From NCBI RefSeq assembly GCF_006345805.1, contig NC_043021.1:28768001-28832000 (forward strand): a stretch of DNA of 64,000 bases, read 5' to 3'. The notes under the pieces were generated by a model that saw only the letters and a list, made by a program, of their open reading frames with translations, searched no databases and was not told the DNA's origin. Both the position numbers and the translations under genes were made by a program. The stretch comes from Octopus sinensis. Its lineage: Eukaryota. Below are positions 38,601-51,886 of this stretch, piece after piece. How positions within the stretch are numbered: position 1 is the first letter of the stretch; each line of letters starts with the position of its first letter.

Positions 38601-41600
38601 AACTTATATTTTAGCTAGAGATCACTAAATTTTTTGTTGTTTTTCAAGTACACATATGCAATATTTTGACATTTTATAACCTGAAAACTTTTGCGATTTT
38701 AGTGATCTCTTGGATAAATATAAGCTTTTTATCAATCAGTTAACTAAGAGATCACTAAATTTTTTGTTGTTTTTCAAGTACACATATGCAATATTTTGAC
38801 ATTTTCTAACCTGAAAACTTTTGCGATTTTAGTGATCTCTTGGATAAATATAAGCTTATTATCAATCAGTTAACTTATATTTAGCAAAGAGATGACTAAA
38901 TTTTTTGTTGTTTTTCAAGTACACATATTTTGACATTTTTTAACCTGAAAACTTTTGCGATTTTAGTGATCTCTTGGATAAATATAAGCTTTTTATCAAT
39001 CAGTTAAGAGATCACTAAATTTTTTGTTGTTTTTGAAGTACACATATGCAATATTTTGACATTTTACAACCTGAAAACGTTGCGATTTTAGTAATCTCTT
39101 GGATAAATATAAGCTTTTTATCAATCAGTTAACTAAGAGGTCACTAATTTTTTTGTTGTTTTTCAAGTACACATATGCAATATTTTGACATTTTATAACC
39201 TGAAAACTTTTGAGATTTTGTGATCTCTTGGATAAATATAAGCTTTTTATCAATCAGCTAACTTATATTTAGCTTAGAGATCACTAATTTTTTGTTGTTT
39301 TACATGTACACATATTTTGACATTTTTTAACCTGAAAACTTTTGCGATTTTAGTGATCTCTTGGATAAATATAAGCTTTTTATCATCAGTTAACTTATAT
39401 TTAGCTAAGAGATCACTAAATTTTTTGTAGTTTCTCATGTATACATATGCATATTTTGACATTTTCTAACCTGAAAACTTTTTAGATTTTAGTGATCTCT
39501 TGTATAAATATAAGCTTTTTATAAATCAGTTAACTTATATTTTAGCTAAGAGATCACCAAATTTTTTGTTGTTTTTCAAGTACACATATGCAATATTTTG
39601 ACATTTTCTAACCTGAAAACTTTTGCAATTTTAGTGATCTCTTGGATAAATATAAGCTTTTTATCAATCAGTTAACTAAGAGATCACTAAATTTTTTGTT
39701 GTTTTTCAAGTACACATATTCAATATTTTGACATTTTATAACCTGAAAACTTTTGAGATTTTAGTGATCTCTTGGATAAATATAAGCTTTTTATCAATCA
39801 GTTAACTTATATTTAGCTAAGAGATCACCAAATTTTTTGTAGTTTTTTATGTATACATATGCAATATTTTGACATTTTCTAACCTGAAAACTTTTGAGAT
39901 TTTAGTGATATCTTGGATAAATATAAGCTTTTTATCAATCAGTTAACTTATATTAGCTAAGAGATCACTAAATTTTTTGTTGTTTTTCAAGTACACATAT
40001 GCAATTTTTGACATTTTATAACCTGAAAACTTTGCGATTTTAGTGATCTCTGGATAAATAGAAGCTTATTATCAATCAGTTAACTTATATTTAGCTAAGA
40101 GATGACTAAATTTTTTGTTGTTTTCAAGTACACATATTTTGACATTTTTTAACTTGAAAACTTTTGCGATTTTAGTGACCTCTTGGATAAATATAAGCTT
40201 TTTATAAATCAGTTAACTTATATTTTAGCTAAGAGATCACTAAATTTTTTGTTGTTTTTCAAGTACACATATGCAATATTTTGACATTTTCTAACCTGAA
40301 AACTTTTGCAATTTTAGTGATCTCTTGGATAAATATAAGCTTTTTATCAATTAGTTAACTTATATTTAGCTAAGAGATCACTAAATTTATTGTTGTTTTT
40401 CAAGTACACATATGCAATATTTTGACATTTTACAACCTGAATAGTTTGCGATTTTAGTAATCTAATGGATAAATATAAGCTTTTTATCAATCAGCTAACT
40501 AAGAGATCACTAAATTTTTTGTTGTTTTTGAAGTACACATATGCAATATTTTGACATTTTATAACCTGAAAACTTTTGAGATTTTAGTGATCTCTTGGAT
40601 AAATATAAGCTTTTTATCAATCAGTTAACTTATATTTAGCTAAGAGATCACCAAATTTTTTGTAGTTTTTTATGTATACATATGCAATATTTTGACATTT
40701 TCTAACCTGAAAACTTTTGAGATTTTAGTGATCTCTTGGATAAATATAAGCTTTTTATCAATCAGTTAACTTATATTTAGCTAAGAGATCACTAAATTTT
40801 TTGTTGTTTTTCAAGTACACATATGCAATATTTTGACATTTTATAACCTGAAAACTTTTGCGATTTTAGTGAACTCTTGGATAAATATAAGCTTTTTATC
40901 AATCAGTTAACTTATATTTAGCTAAGAGATCACTAAATTTTTTGTAGTTTTTCAAGTACACATATGCAATATTTTGACATTTTACAACCTGAAAACTTTG
41001 CGATTTTAGTAATCTCATGGATAAATATAAGCTTTTTATCAATCAGTTAACTAAGAGATCAGTAAATTTTTTGTAGTTTTTCAAGTACACATATGCAATA
41101 TTTTGACATTTTATAACCTGAAAACTTTTGCGATTTTAGTGATCTCTTGGATAAATAGAAGCTTATTATCAATCAGTTAACTTATATTTAGCTAAGAGAT
41201 GACTAAATTTTTTGTTGTTTTCAAGTACACATATTTTGACATTTTTTAACTTGAAAACTTTTGCGATTTTAGTGACCTCTTGGATAAATATAAGCTTTTT
41301 ATCAATCAGTTAACTTATATTTAGCTAAGAGATCACTAAATTTTCTGTAGTTTCTCATGTATACATATGCAATATTTTGACATTTTCTAACCTGAAAACT
41401 TTTTAGATTTTAGTGATGTCTTGGATAAATATAAGCTTTTTATAAATCAGTTAACTTATATTTTAGCTAAGAGATCACCAAATTTTTTGTTGTTTTTCAA
41501 GTACACATATGCAATATTTTGACATTTTCTAACCTGAAAACTTTTGCAATTTTAGTGATCTCATGGATAAATATAAGCTTTTTATCAATCAGTTAACTAA

Positions 41601-44600
41601 GAGATCACTAAATTTTTTGTTGTTTTTCAAGTACACATATGCAATATTTTGACATTTTATAACCTGAAAACTTTTGAGATTTTAGTGATCTCTTGGATAA
41701 ATATAAGCTTTTTATCAATCAGTTAACTTATATTTAGCTAAGAGATCACCAAATTTATTGTAGTTTTTTATGTATACATATGCAATATTTTGACATTTTC
41801 TAACCTGAAAACTTTTGAGATTTTAGTGATCTCTTGGATAAATATAAGCTTTTCATCAATCAGTTAACTTATATTTAGCTAAGAGATCACTAAATTTATT
41901 GTTGTTTTTCAAGTACACATAGGCAATATTTTGACATTTTACAACCTGAATACTTTGCGATTTTAGTAATCTAATGGATAAATATAAGCTTTTTATCAAT
42001 CAGTTAGCTAAGAGATCACCAAATTTTTTATAGTTTTTTATGTATACATATGCAATATTTTGACATTTTCTAACCTGAAAACTTTTGAGATTTTAGTGAT
42101 CTCTTGGATAAATATAAGCTTTTTATCAATCAGTTAACTCATATTTAGCTAAGAGGTCACTAAATTTTTTGTTGTTTTTCAAGTACACATATGCAAATTT
42201 TGACATTTTATAACCTGAAAACTTTTGAGATTTTAGTGATCTCTTGGATAAATATAAGCTTTTTATCAATCAGTTAACTTATATTTAGCTAAGAGATCAC
42301 CAAATTTATTGTAGTTTTTTATGTATACATATGCAATATTTTGACATTTTCTAACCTGAAAACTTTTGAGATTTTAGTGATCTCTTGGATAATATAAGCT
42401 TTTTATCAATCAGTTAACTTATATTTAGCTAAGAGATCACTAAATTTATTGTTGTTTTTCAAGTACACATAGGCAATATTTTGACATTTTACAACCTGAA
42501 TACTTTGCGATTTTAGTAATCTAATGGATAAATATAAGCTTTTTATCAATCAGTTAGCTAAGAGATCACCAAATTTTTTATAGTTTTTTATGTATACATA
42601 TGCAATATTTTGACATTTTCTAACCTGAAAACTTTTGAGATTTTAGTGATCTCTTGGATAAATATAAGCTTTTTATCAATCAGTTAACTCATATTTAGCT
42701 AAGAGGTCACTAAATTTTTTTGTTGTTTTTCAAGTACACATATGCAATATTTTGACATTTTATAACCTGAAAACTTTTGCGATTTTAGTGATCTCTTGGA
42801 TAAATATAAGCTTATTATCAATCAGTTAATTTATATTTAGCTAAGAGATGACTAAATTTTTTGTTGTTTTTCAAGTACACATATTTTGACATTTTTTAAC
42901 CTGAAAACTTTTGCGATTTTAGTGATCTCTTGGATAAATATAAGCTTTTTATCAATCAGTAAACTTATATCTAGCTAAGAGATCACTAAATTGTTTGTTG
43001 TTTTTCAAGTACACATATGCAATATTTTGACATTTTGCAACTAGAAAACTTTGCGATTTTAGTTATCTCTTTGATAAATATAAGCTTTTTATCAATCAGT
43101 TAACTAAGAGGACACTAAATTTTTTGTTGTTTTTCAAGTACACATACGCAATATTTTGACATTTTATAACGTGAAAACTTTTGAGATTTTAGTGATCTCT
43201 TGGATAAATATAAGCTTTTTATCAATCAGTTAACTTATATTTAGCTAAGTGATCACTAAATTTTTTGGTGTTTTTCAAGTACACATATGCAATATTTTGA
43301 CAGTTTCTAACCTTAAAACTTTTGCGATTTTAGTGATCTCTTGGATAAATATAAGCTTTTTATCAATCAGGTAACTTATATTTAGCTAAGAGATCACTAA
43401 ATTTTTTGTTGTTTTTCAAGTACACATATGCAACATTTTGACATTTTCTAACTTGAAAACTTTTGCGATTTTAGTGATCTCTTGGATAAATATAAGCTTT
43501 TTTTCAATCAGTTAACTTATATCAATCAGTTAACTTATATATAAGCTTTTTATCAATCAGTTGACTTATATTTAACTAAAAAATCACTAAATTTTTTGTT
43601 GTTTTTCAAGTACACATATGCAATATTTTGACATTTTATAACCTGAAAACTTTTGCGATTTTAGTGATCTCTTGGATAAATATAAGCTTTTCATCAATCA
43701 GTTAACTTATATCTAGCTAAGAGATCACTAAGTTTTTTGTTGTTTTTCAAGTACACATATGCAATATGTTGACATTTTACAACCTGAAAACTTTGCGATT
43801 TTTGTAATCTCTTGGATATATATAAGCTTTTTATCAATCAGTAAACTAAGAGATCACTAATTTTTTTGTTGTTTTTCAAGTACACATATGCAATATTTTG
43901 ACAATTTATAACCTGAAAACTTTTGAGATTTTAGTGATCTATTGGATAAATATAAGCTTATTATCAATCATATTTAGCTTAGAGATCACTAAATTTTCTG
44001 TTGTTTTTCATGTACACATATTTTGACATTTTTTACCCTGAAAACGTTTGCGATTTTAGTGATCTCTTGGATAAATATAAGCTTTTTATCAATCAGTTAA
44101 CTTATATTTTCGCTAAGAGATCACCAAATTTTTTGTTGTTTTTCAAGTACACATATGCAATATTTTGACATTTTCTAACCTGAAAACCTTTGTGATTTTA
44201 GTGATCCCTTGGAGAAATATAAGCTTATTATCAATCAGTTAACTTATATTTAGCTAAGAGATGACTAATTTTTTGTTGTTTTTCAAGTACACATATTTTG
44301 ACATTTTTTAACCTGAAAACTTTTGCGATTTTAGTGATCTCTTGGATAAATATAAGCTTTTTATCAATCAGTAAACTTATATCTAGCTAAGAGATCACTA
44401 AATTGTTTGTTGTTTTTCAAGTACACATATGCAATATTTTGACATTTTGCAACTAGAAAACTTTGCGATTTTAGTTATCTCTTGATAAATATAAGCTTTT
44501 TATCAATCAGTTAACTAAGAGGACACTAATTTTTTGTTGTTTTTTCAAGTACACATACGCAATATTTTGACATTTTATAACGTGAAAACTTTTGAGATTT

Positions 44601-47403
44601 TAGTGATCTCTTGGATAATATAAGCTTTTTATCAATCAGTTAACTTATATTTAGCTAAGTGATCACTAAATTTTTTGGTGTTTTTCAAGTACACATATGC
44701 AATATTTTGACATTTTCTAACTTGAAAACTTTTGCGATTTTAGTGATCTCTTGGATAAATATAAGCTTTTTATCAATCAGGTAACTTATATTTAGCTAAG
44801 AGATCACTAAATTTTTTGTTGTTTTTCAAGTACACATATGCAACATTTTGACATTTTCTAACTTGAAAACTTTTGCGATTTTAGTGATCTCTTGGATAAA
44901 TATAAGCTTTTTTTCAATCAGTTAACTTATATCAATCAGTTAACTTATATATAAGCTTTTTATCAATCAGTTGACTTATATTTAACTAAAAAATCACTAA
45001 ATTTTTTGTTGTTTTTCAAGTACACATATGCAATATTTTGACATTTTATAACCTGAAAACTTTTGCGATTTTAGTGATCTCTTGGATAAATATAAGCTTT
45101 TCATCAATCAGTTAACTTATATCTAGCTAAGAGATCACTAAGTTTTTTGTTGTTTTTCAAGTACACATACGCAATATTTTGACATTTTCTAACCTGAAAA
45201 CCTTTGTGATTTTAGTGATCTCTTGGATAAATATAAGCTTTTTATCAATCAGTAAACTAAGAGATCACTAATTTTTTGTTGTTTTTCAAGTACACATATG
45301 CAATATTTTGACATTTTATAACCTGAAAACTTTTGAGATTTTAGTGATCTATTGGATAAATATAAGCTTATTATCAATCATATTTAGCTTAGAGATCACT
45401 AAATTTTCTGTTGTTTTTCATGTACACATATTTTGACATTTTTTACCCTGAAAACGTTTGCGATTTTAGTGATCTCTTGGATAAATATAAGCTTTTTATC
45501 AATCAGTTAACTTATATTTTCGCTAAGAGATCACCAAATTTTTTGTTGTTTTTCAAGTACACATATGCAATATTTTGACATTTTCTAACCTGAAAACCTT
45601 TGTGATTTTAGTGATCCCTTGGAGAAATATAAGCTTATTATCAATCAGTTAACTTATATTTAGCTAAGAGATGACTAAATTTTTTGTTGTTTTTCAAGTA
45701 CACATATTTTGACATTTTTTAACCTGAAAACTTTTGCGATTTTAGTGATCTCTTGGATAAATATAAGCTTTTTATCAATCAGTTAACTAAGAGGTCACTA
45801 AATTTTTTGTTGTTTTTCAAGTACACATATGCAATATTTTGACATTTTACAACCGGAAAACTTTGCGATTTTAGTAATCTCATGGATAAATATAAGCTTT
45901 TTATCAATCAGTTAACTAAGAGGTCACTAAATTTTTTGTTGTTTTTCAAGTACACATATGCAATATTTTGACATTTTATAACGTGAAAACTTTTGAGATT
46001 TTAGTGATCTCTTGGATAAATATAAGCTTTTTATCAATCAGTTAACTTATATCTAGCTAAGAGATCACTAAATTTTTTGTTGTTTTTCAAGTACACATAT
46101 GCAATATTTTGACATATTATAACCTGAAAACATTTGAGATTTTAGTGATCTCTTGGATCAATATAAGCTTTTTATCAATCAGTTAACTTATATTTAGCTA
46201 AGAGATCACTATTTTTTTTGTTGTTTTTCATGTGCACATATTTTGACATTTTTTAACCTGAAAACTTTTGCGATTTTAGTGATCTCTTGGATAAATATAA
46301 GCTTTTTATCAATCAGTTAACTTATATTTAGCTAAGAGATCACTAAATTTTTTGTAGTTTTTCATGTATACATATGCAATATTTTGACATTTTCTAACCT
46401 GAAAACTTCTGAGATTTTAGTGATCTCTTGGATAAATATAAGCTTTTTATCAATCAGGTAACTTATATTTAGCTAAGAGATCACTAAATATTTTGTTGTT
46501 TTTCAAGTACTCATATGCAACATTTTGACATTTTCTAACTTGAAAACTTTTGCGATTTTAGTGATCTCTTGGATAAATATAAGCTTCTTATCAATCAGTT
46601 GACTTATATTTAACTAAAAAATCACTAAATTTTTTGTTGTTTTTCAAGTACACATATGCAATATTTTGACATTTTATTACCTGAAAACTTTTGCGATTTT
46701 AGTGATCTCTTGGATAAATATAAGCTTTTTATCAATCAGTTAACTTATATCTAGCTAAGAGATCACTAAGTTTTTTGTTGTTTTTCAAGTACACATATGC
46801 AATATTTTGACATTTTACAACCTGAAAACTTTGCGATTTTAGTAATCTCTTGGATAAATATAAGCTTTTTATCAATCAGTTAACTAAGAGATAACTAAAT
46901 TTTTTGTTGTTTTTCAAGTACACATATGCAATATTTTGACAATTTATAACCTGAAAACTTTTGAGATTTTAGTGATCTGTTGGATAAATATAAGCTTTTT
47001 ATCAATCAGTTAACTTATATTTAGCTAAGAGATGACTAAATTTTTTGTTGTTTTTCAAGTACACATATTTTGATATTTTTTAACCTGAAAACTTTTGCGA
47101 TTTTAGTGATCTCTTGGATAAATATAAGCTTTTTATCAATCAGTTAACTTATATCGAGCTAAGAGATCACTAAATTTTTTGTTGTTTTTCAAGTACACAT
47201 ATGCAATATTTTGACATTTTACAACCTGAAAACTTTGCGATTTTAGTAATCTCTTGGATAAATATAAGCTTTTTATCAACCAGTTAACTAAGAGATCACT
47301 AAATTTTTTGTTGTTTTTCAAGTACACATATGCAATATTTTGACATTTTATAACCTGAAAACTGTTGCGAATTTAGTGATTTCTTTGATTTAACTTATAT
47401 TTA
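20675..47403. repeat. AT-rich satellite DNA, ~141-bp monomer with ~134 and ~130-bp deletion variants (~26.7 kb, roughly 195 monomers)
   Basis: Consensus GATCACTAAATTTTTTGTTGTTTTTCAAGTACACATATGCAATATTTTGACATTTTCTAACCTGAAAACTTTTGCGATTTTAGTGATCTCTTGGATAAATATAAGCTTTTTATCAATCAGTTAACTTATATTTAGCTAAGA. GATCAC recurs at 20907 and 21048 (141 bp). Confidence 0.95.
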
Positions 47404-47963
47404 GGGGCAGGCAATTTAGAGGCATTTAATTCAGGGGCAGGTAATCCAGGGGTAGGTAATTCAGGGCATGTAATTCAGGGGCAGGTAATTCAGTGGCATC
47501 TAATTCAGGGGCAAGTAATTCAGGGGCAGATAATCCAGGGGTAGGTAATTCAGGGGCAGGTAATTCAGAGGCAGGTAATTCAGGGCATGTAATTCAGGGG
47601 CAGGTAATTCAGTGGCATCTTATTCAGGGGCAGGTAATTCAGGGGCAGATAATCCAGTGGTAGGTAATTTAGGGACAGGTAATTCAGAGGCAGGTAATTC
47701 AGGGCAGGTAATTCAGAGCATCTAATTCAGGGGCAGGTAATTCAGGGGCAGATAATCCAGGGGTAGGTAATTCAGTGGCAGGTAATTCAGAGGCAGGTCA
47801 TTCAGGGCCTCTAATTCAGGGGCAGGTAATTCAGGGGCAGATAATCCAGGGCTAGGTAATTTAGGGGCAGGTAATTCAGAGGCAGGTAATTCAGGGCATG
47901 TAATTCAGGGGCTGGTAATTCAGAGGCAGGTAATTCAGGGCATCTAATTCAGGGTCAGGTTAT
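47401..47963. repeat. G-rich 15/14-bp minisatellite (GGGGCAGGTAATTCA), array 1
   Basis: Direct reading, with variant units GGGGCAGATAATCCA, GGGGTAGGTAATTCA, GGGCATGTAATTCA and GTGGCATCTAATTCA. Confidence 0.9.
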
Positions 47964-48472
47964 CGCATCGCCTTCTTTGGCCGCTTCGATTTTGTTCCCT
48001 TCGGTTTGGACGTCTCCAGGGAAGAAATCAAGGGTGACTCTGTGTCAACAGGAGACCGTTTATCGTGGTCAGGTTTCATAGCTAAATCCGCCCCACTGTA
48101 GTTTTGTCGACGTTTCTTCTTTTGGGGAGAACATCGGTTTTCAGGTGGGTTTGAGTCTACGCTCCTCAAATTAGTTTGGGGAACCTCCGGGACCGAAAAG
48201 GCAGATGAGGAAGAATCCGCACGGGAACGATCATGTGCAGAAACGACCGCCGGTTCCTTCGCCTTCTTTGGCCGCTTCGATTTTGTTCCCTTCGGTTTGG
48301 ACGTCTCCAGGGAAGAATGTTTATTCAGTAAGTGAGCAACAACAGACTTTAGGTGCTCAACCTCTTGTTTGAGCAACAGCAACTGCTCGTTGAGCTGACT
48401 ATTGGTAGGACCATCATCTTGATGAGAAGCCCTACTTGCAGATCTCAGTTTCGATGCGTAGGTAGCTGACAT
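47960..48472 (-). pseudogene. Possible LINE ORF1 (gag-like) C-terminal fragment, copy 1
   Basis: TYASKLRS followed by a coiled-coil-like LNEQLLLLKQEVEHLKSVV and a basic low-complexity tail. A decayed knuckle-like KFGH lies upstream near 48700. Family assignment is uncertain. Confidence 0.35.
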
Positions 48473-49782
48473 GATGGATGGTTGACTAAAAACAATCTTC
48501 TATGGGCTCTAGGATAAATCGGGGTTAAATCAGGAACAAAAAATAGGTGCAATCCTTGTAGGAGTAGGCAACAGCAGACAAAATCTGAGAGAGTTCGGGC
48601 TGAGCCGAATCACAATCCAAGATTGAAAGCAGACGGTGCAACGAGTCGGGAACCCTTCCTAATTGTCTGAAGCAGCTTTAGGATAAGGGATAGTATGTCC
48701 AAACTTTAGAATATTGATATGCATGTAACATGTTCCACACGATTAAATATCATTTGACGTGCCATTTAGTACTTCAATAATTGCATCTGCGCATGTTTGT
48801 ATATGTGTGAATACTGTGTTTATGTGCGAGAAGGCACATGTTTTTGTCTACTGTTAAATTAGATTATTAATTTTTCTTTTTTTTCTCACGTTTTTCCCTT
48901 TTAAAGTATTTCTTTTTAAAGTAAATTATACGTTGGAGGGAGGGCGGGGGCTTTGTTTTTATAGTAAATTCTCTTTTCTCCCAGCACAGAGAAAGAAAGG
49001 GATTTTTCGTTGGTGCCACCGGTATAATTCAGACACGGAGAAAGACATTTTGGTGTCATCGTCAACTTGAATGTTTCTAATTGTAGCGATAGTATTAACT
49101 GCAGTAAATTCTGATAGCAGCAGTAGTAATAGCTCATAAAGTGAGATGAAGAACGGTCGGTCAAATAGAGTTCAAATTGACCGCAACAGTGTTGATGGAA
49201 CTTGTGAAACAGTGACCTTGACTTTGAGAAAAATCAAAGGAGGGGCCGACTATAAAAAGTACTTGTGAATAGAGTCATGTACGAGCAGAGCGAACTATAA
49301 ATAGTATTTTTTGTTTTCTTTTTCTTTTTTTTTCTTCTTATTCTCCACGTGTTTAATAATGCGATTGCAATAAAAGGTATGTCAAGAAGAAGATAAAGTT
49401 TAGCTGGTGTTTACGTCCATACTTTTAGCGTGCATTTAATTGTGGTGTCATACTTTTAGCGAGCATTTAATTGTGTTGTTACAATAAAGGCATTTTACAT
49501 AATCTGATACTCAAGGAAGAGGTGATGGCAAAATGTTCACACAAAAAATGGAGATATTTATGATTCTAAAATTTTTGTCCCAAACTGTAGGTTTGGAATT
49601 CTTTAACTTATTTTGAGGGAAGTTCAAATTACTCACAGAAAGTAGTAGATCTTCCAGTAATTACAGTTGTTTATCAGTAATCCTGCTGGGTTGTATTTGT
49701 TATTCTGTGTCTTGTGTGTCTTTGGCCGCTGACAGGTCAGGAGCGGCGAAAACACGTCAGCCACTGTGGATTCCTTTACTAC
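47964..49782. repeat. Duplicated module, copy 1 (paralog of 51887-53704)
   Basis: Colinear near-identical copy at offset 3953 bp (3922 bp after a 31-bp indel near 49440). Confidence 0.9.
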
Positions 49783-50412
49783 TATATATATGTATATATA
49801 TATAATAATATATATAATGTAATAATTTGAATTTGCCTTAAATGGTCCCTTTGCATACTGAATACTTGGTGAAATTGATTAATTAATTAATTAATTTTAC
49901 CCTCAATTGTTGAAATTATAATTCATCTCTCTCTACTTAATTGTCTCGGATTTTACCGAAAAAAGCATAGTGTTTGCTGATTTTAACCCACGCTGGTGGA
50001 AAGGGGAGAGCAGAAATTTTTCTCTTGCATATTTGAGTTTGTTGCCACTGTTAGTTTGGAACAGATCTTCAGAAGCGATAACAAGCCGAAAGGGTATGCT
50101 CCCATTTTCAGTGTTTTCAAATTCAAACAAGGGCATTCTGAGCTGATGAGAGAAGGGTCGATTTTGGCTAATCTTGAAACGTACGTACTCAAATAACCTT
50201 TGCATTTGATTTTTTAATGTCTCTACCCTCATACTTTCTTGAGTTGAATTGAGCAAACACTATATGAGAGAGGTTTTCTTTAAGTGTTAGAAATAGTTTT
50301 TTTAGCTGCTATTTCTAACGAGTTCAGTATGCGGCAAAGTAATTTATTTTACTAAGCCCTTTTATATAATGTATATATATATATATATATATATGTACAT
50401 ATATATATATAT

Positions 50413-51886
50413 TTCAGGGGCAGGTAATTCAGGGGCAGATAATCCAGAGGTAGGTAATTCAGGGGCAGGTAATCCAGAGGCAGGTAATTCAGGGCATGTA
50501 ATTCAGAGGCAGGTAATTCAGGGGCAGGTAATTCAGAGGCAGGTAATTCAGGGCATGTAATTCAGGGGCAGGTAATTCAGTGGCATCTAATTCAGGGGCA
50601 GGTAATTCAGGGCATGTAATTCAGGGGCAGGTAATTCAGTGGCATCCAATTCAGGGGCAGGTAATTCAGGGGCAGATAATCCAGGGGTAGGTAATTCAGG
50701 GGCAGGTAATTCAGAGGCAGGGAATTCAGGGCATGTAATTCAGGGGCAGGTAATTCAGTGGCATCTAATTCAGGGACAGATAATCCAGGAGTAGGTTATT
50801 CAGGGGCAGGTAATTCAGAGGCAGGTAATTCAGAGGTAGGTAATTCAGGGGCAGGTAATTCAGGGGCAGGTAATTCAGGGGCAGGTAATTCAAGGGCAGA
50901 TAATCCAGGAGTAGGTAATTCAGGGGCATCTCATTCAGGGGCAGGCAATTCAGGGGCAGATAGTTCAGGGGTAGGTAATTCTGTGGTATCTAATTCAGGG
51001 GCAGGTAATTCAGGGGCAGATAATCCAGGGTTGGGTAATTCAGGGGCAGGTAATTCAGAGGCAGGTATTTCAGGGCATGTAATTCAGGGGCAGGCAATTC
51101 AATGGCATCTAATTCAGGGACAGATAATCCAGGGGTAGGTAATTCAGGGGCAGGTAATCCAGGGGTAGGTAATTCAGTGGCATCTAATTCAGGGGCAGGT
51201 AATTCAGGAGCAGATAATCCAGGGGTAGGTAATGCAGTGGCAGGTAATTCAGAGGCAGGTATTTCAGGGCATGTAATTCAGGGGCAGGCAATTCAGTGGC
51301 AGATAATCCAGGGGTTGGTAATTCAGGGGCAGGTAATTCAGAGGCTGTTAATTCAGGGCATGTAATTCAGGGGCAGATAATCCAGGGGTAGGTAATTCAG
51401 TGGCATTTAATTTTGGGGCAGGTAATTCAGGGGCAGATAATCCAGCGGTAGGTAATTTAGGGACAGGTAATTCAGAGGCAGGTAATTCAGGGCATGTAAT
51501 TCAGGGGCAGGTAATTCAGTGGCATCTTATTCAGGGGCAGGTAATTCAAGGGCAGATAATCCAGGGGTAGGTAATTCAGGGCAGGTTATTCAGAGGCAGG
51601 TAATTCAGGGCATCTAATTCAGGGGCAGGTAATTCAGGGGCAGATAATCCAGGGGTAGGTAATTCAGGGGCAGGTAATTCAGAGGCAGGTAATTCAGGGC
51701 ATGTAATTCAGGGGCAGATTATCCAGGGGTAGGTAATTCAGGGGCAGGTAATTCAGGGGCAGGTAATTCAGGGCCAGATAATCCAGGGGTAGGTAATTCA
51801 GGGGCAGGTAATTCAGAGGCAGGTAATTCAGGGCATTTAATTCAGGGGCAGGTAATTCAGTGGCATCTAATTCAGGGGCAGGTAAT
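50413..51886. repeat. G-rich 15/14-bp minisatellite, array 2 (~1.47 kb)
   Basis: Same units as array 1. Begins right after the (TA)n tract at 50370-50412. Confidence 0.9.

Noticed and set aside
20675-47403. CRISPR-like array or CENP-B box
   Set aside because: Head-to-tail monomers with no unique spacers, eukaryotic context, and no CENP-B box consensus seen.
47401-47410. Telomeric seed (TTAGGG) at the satellite junction
   Set aside because: Single hexamer formed by the junction. The adjacent 15-mer is not a TTAGGG array.
49716-49782. Hammerhead at the module end (CCGCT..AGCGG-C-GAAAACACGTC-AGCC), also at 53638-53704
   Set aside because: A stem II, GAAA and GTC half are present, but no CTGANGA core lies in the right position (CTGACAG is inside the stem). 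At most a decayed remnant.
50758-51365. Gly/Ser/Asn-rich structural protein (GAGNS repeats)
   Set aside because: 14-nt units repeatedly shift the frame, and there is no signal peptide or unique flanking coding sequence.
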